64,000 nucleotides of DNA from Candidatus Omnitrophota bacterium. GTDB lineage: Bacteria > Omnitrophota > Gorgyraeia > DTHP01. The notes beneath the pieces are model-generated. The model saw nothing but the letters and a program-made list of their open reading frames with translations, was not told where the DNA came from and did no database searches. This document shows, piece by piece, positions 11,059 to 21,133 of the stretch. Within the stretch, counting starts at the first letter, position 1. Every line of letters starts with the position of its first letter. Location of the stretch: NCBI GenBank assembly GCA_023819145.1, contig JAMWCW010000003.1:78887-142886 (forward strand), read 5' to 3'. The translations under genes and the position numbers were made by a program.

Positions 11059-11604
11059 TTGTGTCCTTTTACTAAATTAGCCGGGCTAATAAAATTTTCA
11101 AACTTAACGAATAAAAATTTTGGTTTTTTAGCCATGAGAGTTGGTTTAGGTTATGACATTCATCGCTTAGTAAAAGGGAGAAAACTTTTTCTGGGAGGGG
11201 TAGAGATTCCTTATGAGAAAGGTCTTTTAGGGTACTCCGATGGAGATGTAATCCTACATGCCCTTTCGGACGCACTCCTCGGAGCAATAGGAAAAGGCGA
11301 TATTGGAGAACATTTTCCTAATAATGATCCAAAATATAAAGACATTGCGAGCAGAGAAATTCTTAATTTTGTTTTTAAATTGGTTTTAGCTAAGAGATTT
11401 ATAATCAGGAACTTAGATATTACCTTAATTGCGGAGCATCCAGAGATTTCTAAGTATAAAGAGAAGATGAAAAAAAATATTGGTGGAATTCTTAGAATTT
11501 CTAGGGATAATATTAATATTAAAGCCACGACTCATGAAGGGATTGGTTCTATTGGTAAGGGCGAGGCAATGGCAGCATGGGCAGTGGTATTGTTAGATAA
11601 ATAA
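11059..11604 (+). CDS. ispF: 2-C-methyl-D-erythritol 2,4-cyclodiphosphate synthase IspF
   Basis: RVGLGYDIHRL...GYSDGDV...HA motifs; the real start is likely M at about 11134. Confidence 0.85.
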   Translation: MCPFTKLAGLIKFSNLTNKNFGFLAMRVGLGYDIHRLVKGRKLFLGGVEIPYEKGLLGYSDGDVILHALSDALLGAIGKGDIGEHFPNNDPKYKDIASREILNFVFKLVLAKRFIIRNLDITLIAEHPEISKYKEKMKKNIGGILRISRDNINIKATTHEGIGSIGKGEAMAAWAVVLLDK

Positions 11605-11686
11605 TATTTTTACAAGTCAAGATTTTATATAAGAGGCGAAGAAATTTCCGAAAGCGAAGCAGATTGATGAAAAAAATAATGAAGGA

Positions 11687-12418
11687 GTGATTTATATGTG
11701 GAATATAATTCTGTTAGTTCTTGCAATTTTTGCGATAATTATTGTTTTAATTTCCATTATCTTCCGTCCAGAAATAAAGGCTGCTTCAGAGCGTGACCCG
11801 GCAGCAAAATCGGCTTTGGAAATAATCTTAAATTATCCTAGTCTTCACGCCCTCATTTTTTATCGCATCTCCCATCTTTTCTGGAATCTGAAGATTCCCT
11901 TGATTCCGCGTTGTATTTCGCAGTTTGCCCGTAATGTTACAGGAATCGAGATTCATCCCGGAGCAAAGATTGGCAAAGGGTTTTTTATCGATCACGGTAT
12001 GGGGGTGGTCATTGGAGAAACTACGGTTATTGGAGACAACGTTACTTTATATCAAGGAGTTACTTTAGGGGGAACGGGCAAAGAAAAAGGTAAACGGCAT
12101 CCTACAATTGGGAATAATGTAGTTATTGGAGCAGGGGCGAAGGTTTTGGGAAATATTGTTATTGGCGATAACGTTCAGATTGGAGCAAACGCCGTCGTGA
12201 TAAAGGATGTTCCTTCCAATTGTACAGTAGTAGGGGTTCCGGGGAGAGTTGTAAAGCATGAAGGTGTTCCTGTGCCTACGATTAGTTTAGACCATACTAA
12301 TCTTCCTGATCCCCTGGCGCAAGCGGTTGAACGTTTACAGAGCGAGATTGAATTGATTGAGAAACAGTTGAAAGAATGGAGGACTAAAAAAAGTAGTGAT
12401 AAAGATGATAAATCATAG
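11687..12418 (+). CDS. cysE: Serine O-acetyltransferase CysE (with an unusual N-terminal hydrophobic segment)
   Basis: ERDPAAKS N-terminal motif and hexapeptide-repeat C-terminus. The likely true start is ATG 11696, after a GAAGGAG RBS. The first ~25 aa form a TM-like helix. Confidence 0.8.
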   Translation: MIYMWNIILLVLAIFAIIIVLISIIFRPEIKAASERDPAAKSALEIILNYPSLHALIFYRISHLFWNLKIPLIPRCISQFARNVTGIEIHPGAKIGKGFFIDHGMGVVIGETTVIGDNVTLYQGVTLGGTGKEKGKRHPTIGNNVVIGAGAKVLGNIVIGDNVQIGANAVVIKDVPSNCTVVGVPGRVVKHEGVPVPTISLDHTNLPDPLAQAVERLQSEIELIEKQLKEWRTKKSSDKDDKS

Positions 12419-12480
12419 ATTATAAATCCCCTACTTCTAAACAGATTGATTCTTAGTATTTATGGTTTTGGGTAAATGGG

Positions 12481-13920
12481 ATGGGAATAAGGATTTTTAA
12501 TACATTAACTGGCAAAAAAGAAATTTTTAGACCTATAAATAAGGGTAAGGTGAGGATCTATGTTTGTGGTCCTACAGTTTATGATGAACCGCACATTGGA
12601 CATCTACGTTCTGCCTACATTTTTGAAGTAATCAGACGATATTTGATTTTCAGAGGATATAAGGTTAAATTTGTAAAAAATATTACCGATGTTGATGATA
12701 AGATAATTGAAAAGGCAAAAGAAGAAATTAAATCACTATCTACTAATCCTCAGCCCCCAGTAGATTTAAAGAGTAAAGTTAGGGAAGTAGCAGAAAGGTA
12801 TCTCAAGAAATATCACGAAGCGATGGAAGTTTTTGGTATAACTCCTCCAGATGTAGAGCCGAAAGTAACCGAACATATTCCCGAGATATTAAAAATTATA
12901 GAAGGGCTAATTAAGAAAGGTTTTGCTTATGAAAAAGAAGGTGATGTGTATTTCCGAGTAAAAAGGTTTTCTCGTTATGGTAAGTTGTCAAATCAGAGCA
13001 CGGAAGAATTAATTACTGGTGCACGTGTTGAACCAGACGATAAAAAAGAAGACCCTCTGGATTTTGCTCTCTGGAAGAAAGCTAAAGAAGATGAACCAAG
13101 CTGGCAGACTCCGTGGGGAGAAGGTCGTCCTGGATGGCATATAGAATGTTCTGCAATGAGTATGCGATATTTAGGGAAGAATTTTGATGTGCATGGAGGA
13201 GGTAAAGATTTAATCTTTCCTCACCATGAAAATGAAATTGCTCAAGCCGAAGTTTATACCCGGAAAAGATTTGCCAACTACTGGATTCATAATGGTCTAT
13301 TGACTATAAATGGCGAAAAAATGGCGAAGTCTCTGGGAAACTTTATCTCTGCAGATGAGATTTTCAAAAGGTATCATCCCGAGGTTTTGAAACTTTTTTT
13401 TCTCTCTGCGCATTACAGCCATCCCATAGATTTTAGTGATAAGAAAATGGATGAGGCAAAAAGGGCACGAGAGAGATTTTATATATTACTTAGGAAAATA
13501 GATGAAAGCATACCATTTAACGCTCACCAGTCACCAGTTAAGAAAAAAAAGTCAGCGACTGCTGTTGATAGGTTTCGGAAAGAATTTGTATCCGCGATGG
13601 ATGATGATTTTAATACTTGCCGTGCGTTAGCAGTTCTTTTTGAAATGGTAAATTTTGCTAATAAAAGTCTCGATAAAAAAAGTATTCTTATAGAGGTAAA
13701 GAGATTACTTTTAGATTTAGGCAAAATATTTGGTTTGTTTGAGAGACAAGAGAGAGAGGAGGTATTAGAGAGTTTAATGAAATTGATTATTTATATCAGA
13801 CAGGCTCTGCGCGAAAGAAAGGATTATACTTTAGCGGATAAAATAAGAAAGGATTTAAAAGAAATAGGGATAATTTTGGAAGACGATGCGAAAAATACAA
13901 GCTGGCGTTTCGAAGCGTAA
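12481..13920 (+). CDS. cysS: Cysteinyl-tRNA synthetase
   Basis: HIGH motif (PHIGHLRS), KMSKS motif (KMAKSLGN); 479 aa; directly downstream of cysE. Confidence 0.9.
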   Translation: MGIRIFNTLTGKKEIFRPINKGKVRIYVCGPTVYDEPHIGHLRSAYIFEVIRRYLIFRGYKVKFVKNITDVDDKIIEKAKEEIKSLSTNPQPPVDLKSKVREVAERYLKKYHEAMEVFGITPPDVEPKVTEHIPEILKIIEGLIKKGFAYEKEGDVYFRVKRFSRYGKLSNQSTEELITGARVEPDDKKEDPLDFALWKKAKEDEPSWQTPWGEGRPGWHIECSAMSMRYLGKNFDVHGGGKDLIFPHHENEIAQAEVYTRKRFANYWIHNGLLTINGEKMAKSLGNFISADEIFKRYHPEVLKLFFLSAHYSHPIDFSDKKMDEAKRARERFYILLRKIDESIPFNAHQSPVKKKKSATAVDRFRKEFVSAMDDDFNTCRALAVLFEMVNFANKSLDKKSILIEVKRLLLDLGKIFGLFERQEREEVLESLMKLIIYIRQALRERKDYTLADKIRKDLKEIGIILEDDAKNTSWRFEA

Positions 13921-13935
13921 TACAAAAAATTTATT

Positions 13936-14865
13936 ATGAAAGTACGCACAAAGGAAACTTTAACTGCTTACTTATTTCTTTTGCCCAATTTCTTAGGATT
14001 TTTGGTTTTTACCTCTCTTCCTGTAATTTTTTCTCTAATTTTGAGTTTTTTTGATTGGGATATATTGAATCCTCCCAAATTTGTGGGTTTAGGTAATTTT
14101 ATAAAACTGTTGGGTTTTAGTTTTACTGATAAAACACTCACTTTCAATGATCCTCATTTCTGGTATTATGTTTTTAATACTGTTTTTCTGATGCTGGTAA
14201 TTCCTCTGGAGATATTTGGGGCGCTAGTTATTGCTTTAGCCTTAAATCAAAGAATTCGGGGTATTGTTTTTTATCGCACTATTTTTTATTTGCCTTATAT
14301 CTCCTCGGGTGTCGCTACGGCAATAATATGGAGGGGGATTTTAAACCCGGATTTCGGTCTTCTTAATACAATTATTGCCAAGTTGGGTAATTTTTTGCAT
14401 TTAAGTTTTCAAGGGCCGAATTGGCTCTCTCATCCTTTTTGGGCAAGGATTTCTATGATGCTTGTAGGGCTATGGACAATTATTGGAGGAAATAACTGCC
14501 TTCTTTTTTTGGCTGCTCTTCAGGGGATCCCACGCGACTTATACGAAGCGGCGGAGATAGATGGAGCAAATTCCTGGCAGAAATTCTGGAGAATTACCTG
14601 GCCGATGATTTCCCCGACGACCTTCTTTATTGCCATTATGAGTATTATAGGAGGTTTTCAAGGTGGTTTTATGCTTGCCTATATTATGACCGGTGGTGGA
14701 CCGGGAGGAGCGACTACTACCATTGAATATTATATTTTTAATAACCTCTATACCTTCCAAAAAGCAGGTTATGCTGCCAGCATTGCTTGGGTTTTATTTT
14801 TGATAATTCTTTTCTTCACAAGACTTTCCTGGAAGTTTGGAGGCAAAAAAGTAGAATATCATTGA
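13936..14865 (+). CDS. Carbohydrate ABC transporter permease (MalF/UgpA type)
   Basis: Six TM segments, EAA-loop (EAAEIDGA). Confidence 0.7.
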   Translation: MKVRTKETLTAYLFLLPNFLGFLVFTSLPVIFSLILSFFDWDILNPPKFVGLGNFIKLLGFSFTDKTLTFNDPHFWYYVFNTVFLMLVIPLEIFGALVIALALNQRIRGIVFYRTIFYLPYISSGVATAIIWRGILNPDFGLLNTIIAKLGNFLHLSFQGPNWLSHPFWARISMMLVGLWTIIGGNNCLLFLAALQGIPRDLYEAAEIDGANSWQKFWRITWPMISPTTFFIAIMSIIGGFQGGFMLAYIMTGGGPGGATTTIEYYIFNNLYTFQKAGYAASIAWVLFLIILFFTRLSWKFGGKKVEYH

Positions 14866-14929
14866 AATATGAATAAGGTTTAAAGAAGATGAAAAAGTTG
14901 ATTTTATAACCGCGGAAGAGTCCAAGAAA

Positions 14930-15772
14930 ATGAAGAGAAGAAGGGAATTTTTAAAGAAATTTACGGTATATGTTTTACTTTCTTTGATTGGTGTAAGCAT
15001 GGTCTTACCATTCTTATGGATGGTTTCTACTTCACTTAAAGAAGCCGAAGCGGTATTTATACAAGTAAAGCCGTGGTGGCGTAACTGGATTCCTCAGAAA
15101 ATTGTCTGGGCTAACTATTATCGTGCTTGGAAGGCAGTTCCTTTTGGTAGGTTTTATCTCAACAGTATTATTGTAGCTTTTTGTGTTACTATAGGAGTAG
15201 TTTTTACCAGTTCGTTTGCTGCTTATGCCTTTAGCCGACTAAATTTCCCTGGAAGGGACAAATTGTTTTTTGCATACATCGCTACAATGATGATACCTGG
15301 TTCAGTAATCATAATTCCCCAGTTTGCTTTAATAAGAATTATGGGATGGATTGATACTTACCGGGCTTTAATTATTCCTGCTATGTTTACCGCCTTTGGG
15401 ACATTTCTTTTGAGGCAGTTTTTTATGACCATACCCAAAGACCTTGAAGATGCAGCTAAAATTGATGGTTGTGGTTATTTTGGGATTTATTGGAGAATTA
15501 TTCTGCCCCTCTCCAAACCAGCATTATCTACACTTACCATTTTCACCTTTCAGGGTAATTGGGGTTCTTTTATGTGGCCTCTTCTTGTTACCAATAGAAC
15601 CGAATTACGTACCCTTCCCATTGGTTTAGAGTATTTTAAGAGTCAGTATACCACTGACTGGACTCTACTTATGGCAGGTTCAGTAATGGTCATTCTTCCC
15701 ATAATACTCCTTTTTATCTTTAATCAACGATTTTTTGTAGAAGGAGTAAAACTGAGTGGTATAAAGGGTTAA
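14930..15772 (+). CDS. Carbohydrate ABC transporter permease (MalG/UgpE type)
   Basis: EAA-loop (DAAKIDGCG); paired with the upstream permease; no SBP or ATPase gene nearby. Confidence 0.7.
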   Translation: MKRRREFLKKFTVYVLLSLIGVSMVLPFLWMVSTSLKEAEAVFIQVKPWWRNWIPQKIVWANYYRAWKAVPFGRFYLNSIIVAFCVTIGVVFTSSFAAYAFSRLNFPGRDKLFFAYIATMMIPGSVIIIPQFALIRIMGWIDTYRALIIPAMFTAFGTFLLRQFFMTIPKDLEDAAKIDGCGYFGIYWRIILPLSKPALSTLTIFTFQGNWGSFMWPLLVTNRTELRTLPIGLEYFKSQYTTDWTLLMAGSVMVILPIILLFIFNQRFFVEGVKLSGIKG

Positions 15773-15791
15773 CGTATTTAAAACAAATTTT

Positions 15792-16409
15792 ATGAAAAGG
15801 GGAATATTTATTACTTTTGAAGGTCCGGAAGGTAGTGGTAAATCTACCCATGCAAAAAGATTATCTAGTTTTTTAAAGAGCAAAGGACATTCTGTAATTC
15901 TTCTGAGAGAACCCGGGGGGACAAAGATAAGCGAAGAAATAAGGAGGATTCTATTGGATAAAAGAAATAAGAAAATAGATAGTAAAACGGAGGCACTTCT
16001 CTATCTGGCTGCGCGCGCCCAGTTAGTTAAGGAAAAAATAACCCCTGCTTTAAAAAGCGGTAGAATTGTTATTTTGGACCGTTTTCAAGATTCTACTATT
16101 GTTTATCAGGGACACGGCGGAGGATTGGATTTATCCCTTCTGGATAAACTGGGTAGATTTGTCACGGAAGGATTAATTCCTGATTTGACTTTTCTTCTTG
16201 ATATAAATACCAAAGAAGGTTTAAGAAGATGCGGTCTAAAAGACCGCATGGAGAAAAAATCTTTTTCCTTCCATCAAAGGGTAAGAAAAGGATATTTAGA
16301 ATTGGCTAAAAAAAACCCAAAAAGATTTTTTCTGATAGAAGTAGATAGAGATATTGATGCCGTTAGTAAAAGAATAGAGAAAAAAGTTTTGGAAATAATT
16401 TCAAGATGA
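15792..16409 (+). CDS. tmk: Thymidylate kinase
   Basis: FEGPEGSGKST P-loop, DRF motif, 205 aa. Confidence 0.85.
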   Translation: MKRGIFITFEGPEGSGKSTHAKRLSSFLKSKGHSVILLREPGGTKISEEIRRILLDKRNKKIDSKTEALLYLAARAQLVKEKITPALKSGRIVILDRFQDSTIVYQGHGGGLDLSLLDKLGRFVTEGLIPDLTFLLDINTKEGLRRCGLKDRMEKKSFSFHQRVRKGYLELAKKNPKRFFLIEVDRDIDAVSKRIEKKVLEIISR

Positions 16410-17365
16410 GAAAAACAATTTTCCAAGAAAGCATAATTAATCTTTTGATAAACTCTTTTAAACAGAATAAGCTTAGTCATGCCTATATTTTTTTAGGACC
16501 GGAGGGAGTAGGCAAAGCTTTTACCGCAAAGTATTTTGCCCAATTTGTTAATTGCGAAAATAAAGACATTAGTCCCTGTTTTAGATGTTCAAATTGCATC
16601 AAGATTGAGAATGGCAATCACCCCGATGTGCATTGGGTAAGACCAGAGGATAATTCTCAAGGTATAAAAATTGAAGCAATTCGCAACCTGCAAGAGAGAG
16701 TTTCCCTTAAGCCCTATGAGGCAAAATTCAAAATATTTGTTATTGAAAAAGCCGACTTTATTTTGGAAGACGCGGGTAATTGCCTGCTCAAGACTTTAGA
16801 AGAACCACCCGGTAATTCCCTTTTGATTCTTCTTGCTGAAGAAAGGGAGAGATTTCTTCCTACAATCATATCTCGTTGCCAATTAGTAAGATTTCCTTTA
16901 TTAAAGAGAGAAATTATAGAAAAATTTCTCCAAGATAATTATCATTTGGATAAAATAAAAACTTATTTTTATAGTAAGCTTGCAGAAGGAAGCATAGGGA
17001 AAGCTATTACCTTGGTGAATTCTCATTATATAAATAAACGCAATTTAGTATTGGAAAATTTTTTGAAAAATAAAGAATTAGGCAATGAGTTGCTCTGGAA
17101 AGAAAAGAGAAATTTTTTAGAGGCTTTAAGTCTGTTAAGTGGAATATTTAGAGATGTGCTTTTAGAAAAATTTGGCTTAGACAATCTAATTATAAATATA
17201 GACCAGAAAGATTTAATTAGGGAGATAACGCTTCTTTATTCCCCTAAAGAGTTATATAATTTAATTGACAGATTTATTTTTTATTATGGCTTTATCCAGC
17301 ACAATGCTAATTTGCGACTGGCCTTTACTAATTTAGAGATGGATTTAGAGCGGAAAACAGGATGA
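16406..17365 (+). CDS. holB: DNA polymerase III delta-prime subunit
   Basis: GPEGVGK Walker-like motif, Cys4 zinc module, SRC motif (ISRCQL); overlaps the tmk stop. Confidence 0.8.
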   Translation: MRKTIFQESIINLLINSFKQNKLSHAYIFLGPEGVGKAFTAKYFAQFVNCENKDISPCFRCSNCIKIENGNHPDVHWVRPEDNSQGIKIEAIRNLQERVSLKPYEAKFKIFVIEKADFILEDAGNCLLKTLEEPPGNSLLILLAEERERFLPTIISRCQLVRFPLLKREIIEKFLQDNYHLDKIKTYFYSKLAEGSIGKAITLVNSHYINKRNLVLENFLKNKELGNELLWKEKRNFLEALSLLSGIFRDVLLEKFGLDNLIINIDQKDLIREITLLYSPKELYNLIDRFIFYYGFIQHNANLRLAFTNLEMDLERKTG

Positions 17366-17412
17366 ATTTTGCTAAACTATAAATATTATTATTTATTAGG
17401 AGGGCACATTTT

Positions 17413-18201
17413 ATGTTAGTGGCGCAGATAAAATTGAGAGAAGCGGGTAAAATTTCTCTTTTTGAGATAAGCGGAGAGATAAAACCGAAGATAGGAGATT
17501 TTGTGATTGTTGAACAGGATCGAGGTCTTGATTATGGACAGGTTCTTTCTGACCCAGAGACGGTTACAGATGTAGCCCAGGAAGAACCGGTATATAAAAT
17601 AGTGCGCATCGCTACCGCCGATGATTTAAGTCAAATAAATAAGAATAAACGCCGAATAAAAGGGGTTATAAATCTGTGTCTTAAAAAAATTGCTGAGCAT
17701 AAATTGGATATGAAATTGGTAGATGCGGAATATTCATTTGACCGCACAAAAATTATTTTTTATTTTACTGCCGAAGGAAGAATTGATTTCCGAGAACTAG
17801 TAAAAGATTTAGCCAAGGCATTTAAGGTAAGAATTGAATTGCGTCAGATTGGAGTGAGAGACGAAGCAAAAATGCTTGGAGGATTCGGCCCTTGTGGGAG
17901 GACTTTATGTTGTGCCACTTTCTTAAAAGATTTTGAACCGGTTACGATGCGGATGGCGAAAGACCAGAATTTACCCCTTAACCCCACGAAAATTTCTGGC
18001 TTATGTGGAAGGTTGATGTGTTGTTTAAGTTATGAAGCAGGATTGTATAAAGAGTTTTTACGCGGCCTACCTAAAGTGGGTGAATGGATAACAGTAGAAG
18101 GAGGGGTTAGGGGAAAGGTAGTGGAGTTAAATATTCTGAAACGAACTGCTACATTAGAATTAGAAGACGGAAGAAGAATAAATATAAGCTACAAGAAATA
18201 A
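17413..18201 (+). CDS. ricT: PSP1 domain protein RicT/YaaT
   Basis: PSP1 C-terminal domain with the conserved Cys cluster (CGRTLCC...CGRLMCCLSYE). Confidence 0.8.
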   Translation: MLVAQIKLREAGKISLFEISGEIKPKIGDFVIVEQDRGLDYGQVLSDPETVTDVAQEEPVYKIVRIATADDLSQINKNKRRIKGVINLCLKKIAEHKLDMKLVDAEYSFDRTKIIFYFTAEGRIDFRELVKDLAKAFKVRIELRQIGVRDEAKMLGGFGPCGRTLCCATFLKDFEPVTMRMAKDQNLPLNPTKISGLCGRLMCCLSYEAGLYKEFLRGLPKVGEWITVEGGVRGKVVELNILKRTATLELEDGRRINISYKK

Positions 18202-18352
18202 ATCCGAATGTCAAATTTTCGAAATCCGAAACCGGATTAGTTAAACCCTAAATCTTTAATTCAAGAACCCAAAAGATTTGATTTATTTAGGATTTAGAGT
18301 CTTGAACTTAGAGTTTGAACCGTATTTGTACTTGTTTTGAAATTATAAAGGA

Positions 18353-19873
18353 ATGGATAAGTTATATATCACTACACCGCTTTACTATGTTAACGCTACT
18401 CCCCATATTGGTCATTCTTATACCAATATTGCTGCCGATTGTTTAGCAAGGTTTATGCGTCTTAAAGGTAAAGAGGTATATTTTTTAACCGGAACCGATG
18501 AACATGGTCAGAAAATTTTTCGTTCTGCGCAAAATTCCGGTAAGAGTCCTCAGGAATTTGTAAACAGCATTGTTCCTCATTTTATTGATTTATGGAAAAC
18601 CCTTTCCATTTCTTATAATGACTTTATTCGCACTACTGAAGAAAGACACAAAAAGACAGTAAGTTTTGCTTTATCAAATCTTTATGATAAAAAAGATATT
18701 TACCTTACAGAATATAGTGGTTGGTATTGTACTCCCTGTGAAACATTCTGGACAGAGACCCAACTTGATTCTCCCCTTTGTCCTGATTGCCTGCGACCTT
18801 TAGAGGAACTAAAAGAAAAAAATTATTTTTTTCGTTTAGAAAAATACCGCAATTGGTTAATTAAACATATTGAGGAACACGCTTCTTTCATAAAACCCAT
18901 AAGCCGTAGAAACGAAATTCTTAAATTTTTAGAAAAACCCCTCAATGACTTATGCATTTCTCGTCCAAGAACACGTTTAGAATGGGGAATTCCTATCCCT
19001 TTTGATTCCGGATATGTTACCTATGTTTGGTTTGATGCTTTAATTAACTACATTTCCGCAATTGGTTTTGGTCAAGATGAGGGAAAATTTAGGAAATATT
19101 GGCCTTGTGATATTCATTTAGTAGGGAAAGATATTTTACGCCAGCATACAATTTACTGGCCAATAATGCTTCATGCTTTAGGAATTGAACTTCCAAAAAC
19201 TGTTTTTGCTCATGGTTGGTGGATGGTAGGAGAAGGGAAGATGTCTAAATCTAAAGGAAATATTGTTGACCCATTGGAGATGGTTAAAAAGCATGGTGAA
19301 GATGCCTATCGTTATTTTCTTTTAAGAGAAATTCCTTTTGGTCAAGATGGAAATTTTAGCGAGTCTGCTTTAATTTCACGCATAAATTCCGATTTAGCCA
19401 ATGATTTGGGGAATTTATATTTTAGGACCTTTGGAATGCTTGAAAAGTATTTTTCAGGAAAAATTCCTGAAGTTTCTCCTTTAGATAAAGTTTTTAAAGA
19501 AAAATTGGGAAAATTACCTCAAGAGTTAGAAGAAGCAATAGAAGATTTAAACTTTCAAGAAATGCTTATTTCTATTTGGGAGTTAGTTAATCTTGCCAAT
19601 AAATTTATTGAAGATTCTCGCCCTTGGGAACTTTCCAAAGAAAAAAAGATAGATGAACTTTCCTCCTTTCTGTATAACCTTATAGAAATTCTGCGTATTG
19701 TAACCATCTGTGTTTATCCCTTTATGCCTAAGTTTGCAGAAAAAGTCTGGAGACAATTAGGACAAAGAAAAGAACTTCAAGAAGTAAGTTTCTCAGAAAT
19801 TTATCAATGGGGTTTATCTATTCCAGGTACAGAAATAGAAAAAGGAACCCCTCTATTCCCAAGAATTATTTAA
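18353..19873 (+). CDS. metG: Methionyl-tRNA synthetase (short form)
   Basis: HIGH (PHIGHSYT) and KMSKS motifs, Cys4 knuckle; 506 aa. Confidence 0.9.
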   Translation: MDKLYITTPLYYVNATPHIGHSYTNIAADCLARFMRLKGKEVYFLTGTDEHGQKIFRSAQNSGKSPQEFVNSIVPHFIDLWKTLSISYNDFIRTTEERHKKTVSFALSNLYDKKDIYLTEYSGWYCTPCETFWTETQLDSPLCPDCLRPLEELKEKNYFFRLEKYRNWLIKHIEEHASFIKPISRRNEILKFLEKPLNDLCISRPRTRLEWGIPIPFDSGYVTYVWFDALINYISAIGFGQDEGKFRKYWPCDIHLVGKDILRQHTIYWPIMLHALGIELPKTVFAHGWWMVGEGKMSKSKGNIVDPLEMVKKHGEDAYRYFLLREIPFGQDGNFSESALISRINSDLANDLGNLYFRTFGMLEKYFSGKIPEVSPLDKVFKEKLGKLPQELEEAIEDLNFQEMLISIWELVNLANKFIEDSRPWELSKEKKIDELSSFLYNLIEILRIVTICVYPFMPKFAEKVWRQLGQRKELQEVSFSEIYQWGLSIPGTEIEKGTPLFPRII

Positions 19874-20516
19874 GGGATAACCGAAATCGGTAAGATAAAA
19901 ATTAAATGGGATATAAAAGATAAATATATTATAGAGAGGGTTTTAGGACATTACCAAAAATTTCTCTCTAAAAGTAAGAAAAAGGATATTGAGCTTAAGG
20001 TCTATAACCGAAATTTTTCCTTCCTAAAAAATTCCCTCTGATCACTACGCAAAGCTGGGATTATTTAAGAACAAAAGATAAATTATATTTTTGTTTTTCT
20101 CGTGGAGAAAATAGTTCGGTTGCTTGCGTATCTTGTGATTTTAAAAAGATAGATTTTTATACCCCTAACAAACATGGCCAATTACTTCTTTATCTTTTCC
20201 CTGAACTTCTTTATAGTCTAATTCTTCCTGAATTCAATGGCCTTCTAATTCATGCCGGTGGGGTAAAATTAAATAAAAAAATATTTGTTTTTTAGCCCCT
20301 ACAGAAGGAGGAAAATCAACTTTAGCAAAGCTTGCTTTAAAGAAAGGTTTTCCTGTTTTAAATAACGACCGCATAATTTTAAGAAAAATTAGAAATAAAT
20401 TTATTGCCTTTGGTAATCCTTGGCATGGTGAAGTAAGAAAGACTTCCTCGGATTATGGTAAGATAAAAGAATTATTCTTCTTAGAAAAGGCAGAGAAAAT
20501 TATATTAAGGAAATAA
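19874..20516 (+). pseudogene. HprK-related kinase (RiPP-cluster-associated HPr kinase-like P-loop protein), disrupted by at least two frameshifts
   Basis: Three frame segments translate to ...KWDIKDKYIIERVLGHYQKF..., ...LLIHAGGVKLNKKIFVF* and ...TEGGKSTLAKLALKKGFPVLNNDRIIL.... This matches the HPr kinase C-terminal fold (LxHASxV ... GxSGxGKSTLA). The frame switches fall in A6/A7 homopolymers at about 20026-20031 and 20275-20281. Confidence 0.45.
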
Positions 20517-20677
20517 ATAAACAAGAAATGTTTCTTTACCTTTTAGGAAATACTTTCTGTTTTAGGGGAGATAAAGACCATTACAAAAAGTTGTAGATAT
20601 TATTTTAGAATTGATAGATAATATAAAAGGATATACTTTAGGTTTTGACCCCACTGTAAGTATCTGGAGGTATTTAG

Positions 20678-20977
20678 ATGAAAGATTTAGATAAAGTTTT
20701 CAAGAAAAATACTGAGCTTGCCTGGAGAATAATTGATAATGAGACAATGATCATCCCCCTTGATGAGCAAACTGTAGATACCGAAAAAATTGAAGTTTTA
20801 AATCCTACTGCAACGTGTATCTGGGAATTAATTAATGGGGAAAATACATTAAAGGAGATAATTGAAAAAATATGTGAAGAATATGAAATTGAATATGAAG
20901 AGGCGGAAAAAGAGGTGCTCGGATTTATAAGAGATCTAAGGAATAAGAATTTGATTACCTTAGGAGGTGAGCGATGA
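20678..20977 (+). CDS. PqqD-family peptide chaperone (RiPP recognition element)
   Basis: 99-aa acidic protein with PqqD-like core (ETMIIPLD...VLNPTATCIWELINGENTLKEII...GFIRDLRNKNLI); stop overlaps the next ATG (ATGA). Confidence 0.65.
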   Translation: MKDLDKVFKKNTELAWRIIDNETMIIPLDEQTVDTEKIEVLNPTATCIWELINGENTLKEIIEKICEEYEIEYEEAEKEVLGFIRDLRNKNLITLGGER

Positions 20978-21111
20978 AGAAAAATAAGAAGAAATGGGAG
21001 AAGCCCAAGGTGAAAGAGATGAAGCTAAGGAGGGGAATAAGTCTTTACCTTTGCGACAAGTTTCCCCAGACGGCGCCCTACCATGATATTTGTGCTTCAG
21101 ACTTCTCATGA
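20974..21111 (+). CDS. Candidate RiPP precursor peptide, 45 aa (MKKNKKKWEKPKVKEMKLRRGISLYLCDKFPQTAPYHDICASDFS)
   Basis: Not in the six-frame track (<60 aa). AGGAGGTG RBS at 20962-20969 is 4 nt upstream; ATG is coupled to the PqqD stop; 22 nt before the radical-SAM gene. Lys-rich leader-like N-terminus, two Cys in the C-terminal half. Confidence 0.4.
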   Translation: MKKNKKKWEKPKVKEMKLRRGISLYLCDKFPQTAPYHDICASDFS

Positions 21112-21133
21112 TTTATACTAAAATTATATATGT

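Noticed and set aside
18202-18352. T-box leader upstream of metG and ctsR operator upstream of clpC
   Set aside because: No AATTAGGGTGGNACCGCG T-box sequence or specifier/antiterminator arrangement is visible before metG, and no GGTCAAA-N3-GGTCAAA CtsR box before clpC. These Firmicutes-type regulatory elements appear to be absent.
20521-20590. Short ORF MFLYLLGNTFCFRGDKDHYKKL between the HprK-like remnant and pqqD as a second precursor peptide
   Set aside because: No RBS and no coupling to neighbouring genes. It is more likely residual sequence of the decayed kinase gene's 3' end.
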